The notes under the pieces were generated by a model. That model was not told the origin of the DNA, did not search any database, and worked only from the letters and a program-made list of their open reading frames with translations. A stretch of 64,000 nucleotides of DNA from Halarcobacter sp. Its GTDB lineage: Bacteria > Campylobacterota > Campylobacteria > Campylobacterales > Arcobacteraceae. Every line of letters begins with the position of its first letter. Position 1 is the first letter of the stretch. The DNA lies in the NCBI GenBank assembly GCA_048571215.1, contig CP182352.1:96001-160000 (forward strand), written 5' to 3'. This document shows positions 1-9,373 of this stretch, one piece after another. The position numbers and the translations under genes were made by a program.

Positions 1-528
1 TAAACCAATTAGTGGTTCATCTATTTTCAATACATCTTGAGCGTAAACTTGACCCATAACTGCAAATTCAAAAAGGTTTTTTGCATCGCAATCAACATTT
101 GCACCAACATCTAATACCAAAGTATTTTGGTTTTCACTTGTTGGCATAAGTGTTGCAATAGCTGGTCTACTTACACCTTTGATTCTACCTATTCTTAGAG
201 TTGCCAAAGACATAGAAGCACCAGAGTGTCCAGCTGATACAGCTGCATCTGCATGACCTTCTTTTACTAAGTCAATTGCTTTATATATAGTAGATTCTTT
301 TCTTTTTAGTGCATCAGTAGCTGAATCAGTCATTTTAATAACATCATCTGTATGCAAAATCTCAATTCTATTTTTATATTGAGGAGGTATAAGTTTTTCT
401 ATTTGAGTTTGATTTCCTACTGCAATTGCAGTAAATGTATTGTTGTTTCTAAGAGCAGATATAAGTCCACTCATAATAGGTTCGGGACCAAAGTCCCCAC
501 CCATCGCGTCAATAGCTATTCTAAGCAT
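1..528 (-). CDS. plsX: Phosphate acyltransferase PlsX (5' part; runs off the window start)
   Basis: Manual translation from ATG at 528: [17 protein letters not shown]...AVSAGHSGA...[10 protein letters not shown]...LDVGANVDC, typical PlsX motifs; lies downstream of rpmF. Not in the supplied ORF track. Confidence 0.95.
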   Translation of the reverse strand, partial: MLRIAIDAMGGDFGPEPIMSGLISALRNNNTFTAIAVGNQTQIEKLIPPQYKNRIEILHTDDVIKMTDSATDALKRKESTIYKAIDLVKEGHADAAVSAGHSGASMSLATLRIGRIKGVSRPAIATLMPTSENQNTLVLDVGANVDCDAKNLFEFAVMGQVYAQDVLKIDEPLIGL

Positions 529-680
529 TAGCTTTTATATTCGCCAGTATTTGGATTTACCGTGTGAGGCATTTTCCAAGTACCATCAGTATCTTTAACT
601 GGTTTCTTTAAAGTGATTTTGTAGTGTGTTCTTCTTTTTGCTGCTCTTGAATGAGACACTCTTCTTTTAGGTACTGCCAT
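528..680 (-). CDS. rpmF: 50S ribosomal protein L32
   Basis: Manual translation [50 protein letters not shown] (50 aa); AAGGAG RBS; TAATG stop/start overlap with plsX. Confidence 0.95.
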   Translation of the reverse strand: MAVPKRRVSHSRAAKRRTHYKITLKKPVKDTDGTWKMPHTVNPNTGEYKS

Positions 681-693
681 TTGTTTCTCCTTA

Positions 694-1065
694 TTAAAAT
701 TCTTTTTCTATGAAATCTTTATCTGAACATTTTGAACAGATATGATAGTCACTATGTACAGATGATATTTCACTTTCGATAATTTCATCAAAGTTTATTA
801 TACCATCAACAATCTCTATAACCAAATCTTCCGATTCAGCTTCATAAATACCATCACTTATCAAAAAGTCAAACTTTTCATCCAAAGTTTTAGTATCATC
901 TTCGCCACATCTTGAACAAGTAATTGTTATATTTCCTGTAAGATTAGAGTCAATTTTGACTAAAGTTGGCGTAATTCTACAAAAAGTACCTTCAATTTTA
1001 ACTGAATTATATTCATTAACAAAGTTTTTTGGACTTTGAGGTACTTTTTTAAATTCTATTTTCAT
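694..1065 (-). CDS. YceD/DUF177-family protein
   Basis: CSRCGE and C-terminal CSKC motifs; conserved position upstream of rpmF. Confidence 0.8.
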   Translation of the reverse strand: MKIEFKKVPQSPKNFVNEYNSVKIEGTFCRITPTLVKIDSNLTGNITITCSRCGEDDTKTLDEKFDFLISDGIYEAESEDLVIEIVDGIINFDEIIESEISSVHSDYHICSKCSDKDFIEKEF

Positions 1066-1083
1066 TGCTATTTTTTAAATTTA

Positions 1084-1497
1084 TTAGCAAATTTCTCTAT
1101 CTGAAAAGAAGAATTTAATTTCGATTGCTGCATTTTCAACAGAATCTGAACCATGCACAGCATTTGCATCAATTGAGTCTGCAAAATCTGCTCTAATAGT
1201 TCCAGCTGCTGCTTCTTTTGGATTAGTTGCACCCATTAATTCTCTATTTTTAGCCATTGCATCTTCACCTTCTAAAACAGATACTACAACTGGTCCAGAG
1301 ATCATGAACTCTACTAACTCACCAAAAAATGGTCTTTCAGCGTGAACTGCATAAAAAGCTTCAGCGTCAGCTTTGCTTAATTGAACTTTTTTTGTTGCAG
1401 CAATTCTTAATCCTGCTGATTCAAATCTGTCTAAGATTTTTCCAACAACATTCTTAGCAACTGCATCAGGTTTGATAATTGATAACGTTTGTTCCAT
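1084..1497 (-). CDS. ndk: Nucleoside-diphosphate kinase
   Basis: [17 protein letters not shown] and NAVHGSDS (catalytic His) motifs. Confidence 0.98.
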   Translation of the reverse strand: MEQTLSIIKPDAVAKNVVGKILDRFESAGLRIAATKKVQLSKADAEAFYAVHAERPFFGELVEFMISGPVVVSVLEGEDAMAKNRELMGATNPKEAAAGTIRADFADSIDANAVHGSDSVENAAIEIKFFFSDREIC

Positions 1498-1550
1498 TTG
1501 ATATTTTCCTCATAAAATTTTTAAGTCGCGGATTATACCTAAAAAATAAA

Positions 1551-1584
1551 AAAAAGGCAAGTAGTCGAAACTACTTGCCTTTTT
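1551..1584 (-). terminator. Intrinsic terminator downstream of the ferredoxin gene (possibly bidirectional)
   Basis: AAAAAGGCAAGTAGT-CGAA-ACTACTTGCCTTTTT perfect hairpin flanked by A/T tracts. Confidence 0.85.
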
Positions 1585-1609
1585 AATGAATCTATATATT
1601 TGTTATAAA

Positions 1610-1879
1610 TTAGTCTTCAACACAAGGTGTGCTTTCAGTCTTACCTTCTCTAATATTTTCTCCATCTCTTGAATCCCATTGGATACAACCCTCAGTAGGG
1701 CATGCTTCAGCACATGCTGGCTCATCATGATCACCAATACATTCTGTACATGTTTCTGGGTTTACATAATAGATATCTTCACCTGTTGGATTCTCATCAT
1801 TATCAACAATAGATTCCGTAGGACACTCATCCAAACATGCATCACAATTAATACAAATATCAGTAATTTTTACTGCCAT
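1610..1879 (-). CDS. 2x[4Fe-4S] ferredoxin
   Basis: CINCDACLDECP and CTECIG...CAEACP motifs; divergent from ahpC, as in Campylobacter fdxA-ahpC. Confidence 0.93.
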   Translation of the reverse strand: MAVKITDICINCDACLDECPTESIVDNDENPTGEDIYYVNPETCTECIGDHDEPACAEACPTEGCIQWDSRDGENIREGKTESTPCVED

Positions 1880-2117
1880 CTTTTCTCCTTAGTTTATATT
1901 AGAAAAACTTTATCACACAAAAAATAAATTTATCTTTAAAATAATATATAAAAACAATATATTAATATAATATAGGTATAAAGAAGCAGTTTAAAAGAAA
2001 AAAATTATCCTAAAATAAATCTTATCTTAATTTTAAAATCTTATATTATGTTCTATATTTATTTTAAAATTATTGTATTATAATTACAGAACAAATTTAT
2101 TTAAAAAAGGAAATTAA

Positions 2118-2714
2118 ATGTTAGTTACAAAAAAAGCTCCAGATTTTACAGCTACAGCAGTGCTTGCTGATGGTCAAATTGTTGAAGATTTCAATTTATA
2201 TGAAAATATCGGTGAAAAAGGTGCGGTATTATTTTTCTACCCACTAGATTTTACTTTTGTTTGTCCATCAGAGATTATTGCATTCTCAAAAAGAATTGAC
2301 GAATTTACTTCAAGAGGAATCAATGTTATTGGTGTTTCAGTTGACTCACAATTTTCACACTTTGCATGGAGAGAAACTGATGTAAACAATGGTGGTATTG
2401 GTAGAATCAAATATCCTTTAGTTGCAGACTTAAGTAAACAAATTTCAAAAGATTATGATGTATTATTCGGTGAAGCTGTAGCATTAAGAGGTTCTTTTCT
2501 AATTGACGCTGATGGAACTGTTAGACACGCAGTAATCAATGACTTACCACTTGGAAGAAACATTGATGAGATGATTAGAATGGTTGATACTATGTTATTT
2601 ACAAACGAGCATGGTGAAGTTTGTCCTGCTGGTTGGTCAAAAGGTGATGAAGGTATGAAACCATCAACTGAAGGTGTTGCTGAATATTTAGGTAAACATG
2701 AGGGTGATTTATAA
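2118..2714 (+). CDS. ahpC: 2-Cys peroxiredoxin AhpC
   Basis: FYPLDFTFVCPSE and EVCPAGW motifs. Confidence 0.97.
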   Translation: MLVTKKAPDFTATAVLADGQIVEDFNLYENIGEKGAVLFFYPLDFTFVCPSEIIAFSKRIDEFTSRGINVIGVSVDSQFSHFAWRETDVNNGGIGRIKYPLVADLSKQISKDYDVLFGEAVALRGSFLIDADGTVRHAVINDLPLGRNIDEMIRMVDTMLFTNEHGEVCPAGWSKGDEGMKPSTEGVAEYLGKHEGDL

Positions 2715-2734
2715 TATTGATATTATAAATTATT

Positions 2735-2763
2735 AAAGTAGAGCTTAAAGCTCTACTTTTTTT
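2735..2763 (+). terminator. Intrinsic terminator of ahpC
   Basis: AAAGTAGAGCT-TAA-AGCTCTACTTT followed by a T tract. Confidence 0.85.
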
Positions 2764-2783
2764 ATACTCAAAACTTCCTTTTC

Positions 2784-2812
2784 TTGACAAAACTGAAAAT
2801 AAAGACTAAAAT
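2784..2812 (+). promoter_or_regulatory. Sigma70-type promoter of rho
   Basis: TTGACA-N17-TAAAAT upstream of the rho start. Confidence 0.7.
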
Positions 2813-2898
2813 ACACAATCTTAAATTCAAAAACTGAAATAAAACTACAAAAAAACTACATAACATGATATGTAAATCTATAAAGGCAAAATGTACTT

Positions 2899-4239
2899 AT
2901 GGAAGATTCTACAACTTCACAACCAAAAACAAGAAAAGCAGGTGGACATACTGCAAAAAAATCAAGAACTCACATCCCTGTCGAGGGGTATAAAATAGAG
3001 CAACTAAGGGAAAGACCCCTTGAAGAGCTTTTAAAAATAGCAAAAGAGTTAGGTGTTGAAAACCCACAAGAGTTAAAAAGACAAGATTTGATGTTCAATA
3101 TCTTAAAATCTCAAATTGACCAAGGTGGATTTATCCTATTTACTGGAATTTTAGAGATAAAAGATGGTGGATTTGGATTTTTAAGAGCTATTGATGGAAA
3201 CTTTTCAGATACTTCAAACGACTCATATGTATCAGCAACTCAAATTAGAAAATTTGCATTAAGAACTGGTGATATTGTAACTGGACAAGTTAGACCTCCA
3301 AACAAAGATAGCGAAAAATATAATGCACTTCTAAAAATAGAAGCTATCAATTACCTTCCAATAAACGAATCAAAAAATAGACCACTATTTGATAACTTAA
3401 CACCACTTTATTCAACTGAAAGATTTAAGTTTGAGTATGATCAAACAAGAATGACTGGTAGAATGTTGGATCTATTTGCACCTATGGGTAAAGGGCAAAG
3501 GGGACTTATCGTTGCACCTCCAAAAACTGGTAAAACTGAACTTCTAAAAGAGTTAGCACACGGTATTAAAAAGAATCATCCAGATACAAGCTTAATGGTT
3601 CTTTTGATTGATGAGAGACCAGAAGAGGTTACAGATATGCAAAGATCAGTAAAAGGGGAAGTTTACTCTTCAACTTTTGATTTACCTGCACACAATCATG
3701 TTAGAGTTGCAGAGATTGTAATCGAAAAAGCAAAAAGACTTGTAGAGATGAAAAAAGATGTGGTTATCTTATTAGATTCTATTACCAGACTTGCAAGAGC
3801 ATACAATACAGTAACACCAAGCTCAGGAAAAGTACTTTCAGGTGGGGTTGATGCAAATGCACTACACAAACCAAAAAGATTCTTTGGAGCTGCTAGAAAT
3901 ATAGAAGAGGGTGGAAGTTTAACCATCATCTCAACAGCACTTATTGAAACTGGTTCAAAAATGGATGAAGTTATTTTTGAAGAGTTTAAAGGAACAGGTA
4001 ACTCAGAAGTTGTATTAAGTAGAAATGCAGCAAACAGAAGAGTATACCCAGCCCTAGACATAATCAAATCTGGTACAAGAAAAGAGGAACTACTTCTAAC
4101 ACCAGAAATCCTACAAAAAACTTGGATACTAAGAAATGCAATAGGTTCTATGGATGAAGTGGAAGCCTTGAAATTCTTGTATTCTAAAATGCAAAAAACT
4201 AAAAATAATGAAGAGTTTTTTGCAGGTATGAACGAATAG
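2899..4239 (+). CDS. rho: Transcription termination factor Rho
   Basis: GFGFLR RNA-binding motif, [15 protein letters not shown]alker [24 protein letters not shown]. Confidence 0.99.
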   Translation: MEDSTTSQPKTRKAGGHTAKKSRTHIPVEGYKIEQLRERPLEELLKIAKELGVENPQELKRQDLMFNILKSQIDQGGFILFTGILEIKDGGFGFLRAIDGNFSDTSNDSYVSATQIRKFALRTGDIVTGQVRPPNKDSEKYNALLKIEAINYLPINESKNRPLFDNLTPLYSTERFKFEYDQTRMTGRMLDLFAPMGKGQRGLIVAPPKTGKTELLKELAHGIKKNHPDTSLMVLLIDERPEEVTDMQRSVKGEVYSSTFDLPAHNHVRVAEIVIEKAKRLVEMKKDVVILLDSITRLARAYNTVTPSSGKVLSGGVDANALHKPKRFFGAARNIEEGGSLTIISTALIETGSKMDEVIFEEFKGTGNSEVVLSRNAANRRVYPALDIIKSGTRKEELLLTPEILQKTWILRNAIGSMDEVEALKFLYSKMQKTKNNEEFFAGMNE

Positions 4240-4376
4240 CTTTATAAATTTGTCTCTTTTTCAAAATTTCTGCGTTAGCGCGGAAATTTTGTTTCTCACA
4301 TACTTTAGTATGCTCCTATACAAAATTACCCCACTGCCTTGAACTTTTAAAAAATAGCCAATTTTCTAAAGCTATT
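4235..4376. repeat. ~140-bp imperfect palindromic element, ERIC/MITE-like
   Basis: Terminal inverted repeats AATAGCTTTA...TAAAGCTATT, nested internal IRs and a central CATACT-TT-AGTATG hairpin; motif order TGCGTT...TCACATACTTTAGTATGCTCC...GCCTT resembles the ERIC core. Confidence 0.6.
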
Positions 4377-4397
4377 AGATAAAAATATTATTTAACC

Positions 4398-4703
4398 TCA
4401 AAACCCGTAAATCAAAAAATCAATTGAGTTTTTTATTTCCTCTTTTTGTTCTTTCAAACTAGTAATTTTAGTTTGTAATTCATTTAGATGCACTGTACCT
4501 ATTTGTGCGGTAATCATATAAAGAGTTATGTCGTTGATTATAAACTTTTTTGTTAAGCCTTGGATAGTTTTTTTATTTATGGCTAATGGGATTACAACTC
4601 TTGTGTTTAGTGAGTTTAGAATATCATTTTGTACATCTAATAAGTAAGGTACAATTTGATTGGTATTTGGGTTTTCATTTTTATATACATCAAACTGTGC
4701 CAT
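4398..4703 (-). CDS. ccdB: CcdB-family toxin
   Basis: MAQFDVYKN...PYLLDVQNDIL..LNTRVVIPL...IKNSIDFLIYGF, the typical CcdB pattern; 101 aa. Confidence 0.9.
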   Translation of the reverse strand: MAQFDVYKNENPNTNQIVPYLLDVQNDILNSLNTRVVIPLAINKKTIQGLTKKFIINDITLYMITAQIGTVHLNELQTKITSLKEQKEEIKNSIDFLIYGF

Positions 4704-4945
4704 TAGAACATCCTACTATCTTGTAAAATCAATCCTTCATTCTCTACATCTTTGTTGTACTTTTCTATGGCTTTTTTATTTTCTTTTTCCCATAGAATTT
4801 TTTTGTCTTCTTTATCTAATAATCCAAGATAAACATGCAAGGCTTCTCTTATGATTTGAGTCTTTTTTTTCCCTGTTTTTTTTGAATTATGATTTAACTC
4901 TTCTATTAGAGTATCTTCTAAGGTTATAGTCATTTTTTTTGTCAT
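4703..4945 (-). CDS. ccdA: CcdA-like antitoxin with an N-terminal ribbon-helix-helix
   Basis: C-terminal WEKENKKAIEKYNKDVENEG...RMF CcdA signature; N-terminal MTITLEDTLIEEL...IIREAL is RHH-like; ATG at 4945 has an AAAGGA RBS; TAATG overlap with ccdB. Confidence 0.82.
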   Translation of the reverse strand: MTKKMTITLEDTLIEELNHNSKKTGKKKTQIIREALHVYLGLLDKEDKKILWEKENKKAIEKYNKDVENEGLILQDSRMF

Positions 4946-5032
4946 ATGAAATCCTTTACCATATTTTACCATACTTTATAAGGATATAGATTTATAATGA
5001 ATAAAATATTAAATAATTAAATTTTTTGTTAA

Positions 5033-6091
5033 CTAAAATTTTTTATTAATTGGTTTAGCTATAAAAAGATATTCAGATAATGCTTTATTTGAACGATTAA
5101 GTGCATAAGAGTGTTTTTTTATTAAATGTATTTTAATTGACATCTGATTTTGTATGAAGAGTTCTTTTAATTCATGAGGGGAAGGTATCCCCTTATTTCG
5201 ATATGAAAAAACAATAATTTTATTTTTATATTTTTTAATTATTTTCTCAATATCAGTATAAATTGTATTTTTTGATTCAAATTCTAAACTTTTCCCAATA
5301 TTTACTTCTTTATTTAGTTTATCGAAATTGATATGATTTTTAAAAGTATCATAGTTTACTAAAGCTTCTAAAAAATGATACCTTGAATGATAATCAACAT
5401 GGGAACCTTTTTCTGATACATAAGGAGGATCTATATATACTAAATCGACATTACTTTTACAAGCAAGTGCAGAATAGTTTACAGAGGTATTCTTTCTGTT
5501 ATTCGAGAAAATGTAGTTATTAACTTCACTACAAAATTTTTTAAATAATTCTACAATATTTTTTTCCCATGTTATTTTATTACCAAACTTTCTTTTTACA
5601 TCATTTGTTCTTAGATTTAGATTCTTTCTATGAAATGTATTAAATGGTCTTTTGATTAGACATGATTGAAATAAAGCATACCATGCGAGATATTTTGATT
5701 TATCATTTTTAAGTTGATTAATATTTTGAACAATGATATCAATTAGTCTATTTTCATCATCTAAATAGTAAATTCCTTGATAATTTTCAGTTATATAATA
5801 ATTATATTCAAAATTAGGCTGTTTAGTTATTATAAAATTAATTTCTTCATTTGTTATTTGATGAGAATTATTTTCTATTAATGCTTTTCCAATAAAAGAA
5901 TTAAATTTAAAAATATCATTATAAACTACTCTTTTTCCTTCAAGTTTAGCTTTGTATGCAAATGTTCCTGTACCACCAAATAAATCAAGCACAGAATCGA
6001 AATTTATGTTTTCATTTTCTATATATTTCCATATTATATTTATAATTTTTCTTTTTGAACCATAATATCTTGTTATAGGTAGTTTATTCAA
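5033..6091 (-). CDS. N6-adenine DNA methyltransferase, D12/Dam class (FokI/StsI-like)
   Basis: RYYGSKRK, LDLFGGTG (motif I), YIDPPY (motif IV) in alpha-group order; CLIKRPFNTFHRKNL segment recalls FokI-type methylase domains. Confidence 0.9.
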   Translation of the reverse strand: MNKLPITRYYGSKRKIINIIWKYIENENINFDSVLDLFGGTGTFAYKAKLEGKRVVYNDIFKFNSFIGKALIENNSHQITNEEINFIITKQPNFEYNYYITENYQGIYYLDDENRLIDIIVQNINQLKNDKSKYLAWYALFQSCLIKRPFNTFHRKNLNLRTNDVKRKFGNKITWEKNIVELFKKFCSEVNNYIFSNNRKNTSVNYSALACKSNVDLVYIDPPYVSEKGSHVDYHSRYHFLEALVNYDTFKNHINFDKLNKEVNIGKSLEFESKNTIYTDIEKIIKKYKNKIIVFSYRNKGIPSPHELKELFIQNQMSIKIHLIKKHSYALNRSNKALSEYLFIAKPINKKF

Positions 6092-6122
6092 TACTTATCT
6101 CACTTTATTTGAAATATGGTGA

Positions 6123-7844
6123 TTAAGCACTTGTATCTAAACTTTTTTCAATTCTAGATCTTAAATTATCATAATATATGTCTGCTATACAGTAAAGTTC
6201 TTTTTTTATTTGACCAGAAATAGGAACTTTAAAACTATATGCTTTATCGTGTTCTGTTATATTATCAACTTTTATTGGATTCTCATCAATAAAAAAGTTA
6301 AATTTATCTTTACAAGTTTCATCACTATTAAAACCGGCAATTATATACTCATCAAGTAAAGTTTTAGTTGAATTAGATTCATATTTAGAAGAAATTTTAT
6401 GTAAATCATTAAATTTCTTAAGTTGTTTTTCTATATAAAATCCTGTTAATTTAGTTTTTGCTTCTACTGTAAAAATTTTATTATTATCTGTAAGTAATAT
6501 AAAATCATATTCTCTATCATTTAGTTTTACACTATAAATTAAATCTATAATTTTTGAAGAACCTTTCATTTCATTAAAGAGTTCTTCTAATAAATCTTCA
6601 AAGAAGTGTTGTTGATAATAAAAACTATATTTTGGATTTAAAGTCATAACTGCACAAATTTCATCTTTAATAGTATTATTACTACTATAATTACATGTTG
6701 CCCCATTTTTGTTGACCCAGCTTCTTAAGCCTCTTTGAGATTGATCATCATGATTTCTACTCCTATCATCATTATAAATTCCAAAAAAAGCTTCTTCTTC
6801 TTTTTTATCAAAGTATGGGACAACAAATTGAAAATGTTTTAAATTGTATAAGGAATAATCGCTTTTTTCTATTTTCTTTTTTATTAAATATGATTTTTCA
6901 AAAAACTCGTCATTACTCTCCAAATCTTTCATATAAAAATTATTCTCTAAACTAGCTAATGTTTCTGCAGTATTATTCCCCTCTTTTTTAAAGTATTTTA
7001 AAAAAGATTCTTTTATATGTTTTCTTTTTTGATAACTATTATATCTTTCATTGTTTGTTGTATGGTCAAGGTTTATTTTTATATATTGGAAATCATAAAA
7101 AGCTTGTTTTTCTTTTTTAATTAGAAATCTAAATTGTTCATATTTAAAAGGAAATATAAATTCTCCCAAAATTATACATTCTATATCGTCAGTGAAATAA
7201 TCTAATTTATATTTATTAATTGTTGGTAAATCTACATTACATTTTTTTAAATTCACATAAGTATCAAACTCATCTTTTATATAATAATTAAGATTATCAA
7301 AATTATATTTTTTATTAATATCATCAAGGTTAATACCAACAAAGTCAACATAAGTTATTTTTTTTAGTTTAATATCATCAATAATTTTCTGAGTATCTGC
7401 AAATTTTTGAATAATTGTTTCTAAATCTTTATTTTGTAAATCTAATTCTGTATATGCATTTACAAATAATTCGCTTAATATTTTATGGTTGATTTTTCTA
7501 ATGATATTTTTTTCTAAATCATTTTTCATATTACTCATAATAAATGTTTTTTCATTTGGGATAATTATTTCACACTTGTGCATAGTATGTAAAATACTTT
7601 GAATATTACTAAATAAGCTTTCTTTTATTTTAGTATTCATTTTAAAATCTAATTTTTCAATTAGTAACTCTTCCTTTGATATATTTAGAAAGCTTTTTAA
7701 TCTTTTTCGGATTTTTTCTTTACTTATACATGGCATTAAGTTTATGGCAGTCTCTAATAAAAGGTTAAATTCATGTATTTTTTCTTCTAAACTATCATTA
7801 ATTGTAATTTGATAATAAGCAAATTGTTCATTTGATTTAAACAC
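6123..7844 (-). CDS. Hypothetical protein with a C-terminal PD-(D/E)XK nuclease-like motif
   Basis: FFEDLL...EYDFILLTDNNKIFTVEAKTK fits E...D-x(n)-EAK; GTG start overlaps the upstream TAG (TAGTG). Confidence 0.6.
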   Translation of the reverse strand: MFKSNEQFAYYQITINDSLEEKIHEFNLLLETAINLMPCISKEKIRKRLKSFLNISKEELLIEKLDFKMNTKIKESLFSNIQSILHTMHKCEIIIPNEKTFIMSNMKNDLEKNIIRKINHKILSELFVNAYTELDLQNKDLETIIQKFADTQKIIDDIKLKKITYVDFVGINLDDINKKYNFDNLNYYIKDEFDTYVNLKKCNVDLPTINKYKLDYFTDDIECIILGEFIFPFKYEQFRFLIKKEKQAFYDFQYIKINLDHTTNNERYNSYQKRKHIKESFLKYFKKEGNNTAETLASLENNFYMKDLESNDEFFEKSYLIKKKIEKSDYSLYNLKHFQFVVPYFDKKEEEAFFGIYNDDRSRNHDDQSQRGLRSWVNKNGATCNYSSNNTIKDEICAVMTLNPKYSFYYQQHFFEDLLEELFNEMKGSSKIIDLIYSVKLNDREYDFILLTDNNKIFTVEAKTKLTGFYIEKQLKKFNDLHKISSKYESNSTKTLLDEYIIAGFNSDETCKDKFNFFIDENPIKVDNITEHDKAYSFKVPISGQIKKELYCIADIYYDNLRSRIEKSLDTSA

Positions 7845-9373
7845 TATAATACTCCATCAAAAAATTTAAGTAGTACTTTTGAAATTTCCTCTTCAATTTC
7901 AAAATAATCAGAATCAATATATAACTCTAGTAAAGTAAATAGTTTCTTTGGATTATATGTTATTAATTCAATTTTATCAGTAATTTTATTATCATTGCCA
8001 AAATTATCTGTTAGAGAAAAGTCTATTTCTTTTGGTATCAGTAAAGTTACATCTTTACCATTTTGAATCGATTTTTTACAATTATTAATTTGATTCTCGA
8101 ATGATGTGTTTTCAAAGAATAAATATATATCTTTGTCTTTAGAAATTAATCTTCTATTTTGTTTATTTACTTCTATGTTTTCATAAGTAGATGTTATATA
8201 AGCTGTTAATGGTGCAAAAATATTTGCATACATATTTTTAAATAAATCATCAAATTCTAATTGAGATTCTTTCTCTTCAACATATTCCTCTATTTCAAAA
8301 TTAGTTATAATTTTTTCTATAGATTCATAATCTTCATTATTTTGTAAGATTTCCATAATTTCTTGTACTAAAGCTCTATTAGTTTCTTCTATTAAGCCTG
8401 CTTGACGAGCACTCTTAACTCTACTAGTGACTTTTTCAGCTGTTGTATTTATTGGTATTTCATTATTTTCAAGTAATGAAATGATTTTTCTTACTAATTC
8501 TTCTATGTTACTTTCATTTATTGGTTTTATTTCTATCCTATCTTTATCTATCCTAGATCTAAATGCTGGATTTTCATTTAAAATATTATCTGCTTGTTTA
8601 TCTCCTGCCGTCATGGCAGTCAATAATAAATGTCCATCTATTTTATTTGAAATATCAATTAACTCTCTGTAAGAAGTTAAAAAGTTTCTTAGTCTAGTTT
8701 TTGATTTATCATATATTTTTTCAATTTCATCAATAGCAAAAATAAACAATTCTTGGTTCTCGTATAATAAATTTAAAAATAATGCAAGTATTTGTGTCAA
8801 TGCATGATTTGTAAAAGGTTTTAAATTATAGTTATTGAAATAAGATTTATAATATAATCTTCCTGTCCCCATTTGAACTAATTCATTAAGTTTTTGTTTA
8901 CTATTTTTATATTTAAAGATTTGTTTAATATATTTTGGAATATCTTCAAATTGTTCATATAATATATCAGTTTCAGTTTCATCAAAATTTTCAATTGCTT
9001 CTATTATTTTTTCATAATGTCTATCATCTAATACATTTAAGAGCATTGATGAAATATTTGGTAAATCTATATCTGCTGTTATATATTCAAAATTGATATT
9101 AAAATTATTGGCATTAGAATGGGTTTTAAAATACAATTTCAAGTATTTAAAAAGATTAGTTTTTCCATTTCCGTAATTACTAGTTAAAATTAATCTATCA
9201 AAATTTTGTTCATCAAGTCTTTCTAACCTTTTTTCTACTTCATTTTTTACATTATGTTGACCTACTATAAAATAAGGAAGCTCTGGAACTAATCCTGCAT
9301 TATATGCTTTGACAATTCTTTTCGAATTTAATTTACTAATTGGTAAATCTTTCCATAAGTTATTTAATTTCAC
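7844..9373 (-). CDS. P-loop ATPase, BrxD/DUF2791-like
   Basis: N-terminal AGLVP...VG motif, Walker A-like SNYGNGKT, Walker B FIFAIDEIE, arginine-finger-like PAFRSRI; GTG start overlaps the upstream TGA (GTGA). Confidence 0.75.
   Translation of the reverse strand: MKLNNLWKDLPISKLNSKRIVKAYNAGLVPELPYFIVGQHNVKNEVEKRLERLDEQNFDRLILTSNYGNGKTNLFKYLKLYFKTHSNANNFNINFEYITADIDLPNISSMLLNVLDDRHYEKIIEAIENFDETETDILYEQFEDIPKYIKQIFKYKNSKQKLNELVQMGTGRLYYKSYFNNYNLKPFTNHALTQILALFLNLLYENQELFIFAIDEIEKIYDKSKTRLRNFLTSYRELIDISNKIDGHLLLTAMTAGDKQADNILNENPAFRSRIDKDRIEIKPINESNIEELVRKIISLLENNEIPINTTAEKVTSRVKSARQAGLIEETNRALVQEIMEILQNNEDYESIEKIITNFEIEEYVEEKESQLEFDDLFKNMYANIFAPLTAYITSTYENIEVNKQNRRLISKDKDIYLFFENTSFENQINNCKKSIQNGKDVTLLIPKEIDFSLTDNFGNDNKITDKIELITYNPKKLFTLLELYIDSDYFEIEEEISKVLLKFFDGVL

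Noticed and set aside
1880..2117. Possible PerR/Fur box between the ferredoxin gene and ahpC
   Set aside because: Biologically plausible, but the region is so AT-rich that no specific site could be distinguished from background.
3696..4067. Antisense ORF inside rho, and the many similar shadow ORFs in the track (e.g. 15684-16052, 18706-19044, 37366-37824, 55366-55725)
   Set aside because: They mirror the codon structure of real genes on the opposite strand and show no independent motifs.
4235..4376. Palindrome considered as an integron attC site (a TA pair is adjacent)
   Set aside because: No RYYYAAC...GTTRRRY core ends recognised, no repeated sites between the other genes and no integron integrase in the window.
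4946..4972. Upstream ATG extension of ccdA given in the ORF track
   Set aside because: The ATG at 4945 has a proper AAAGGA RBS, and the extension coincides with the putative operator repeats.
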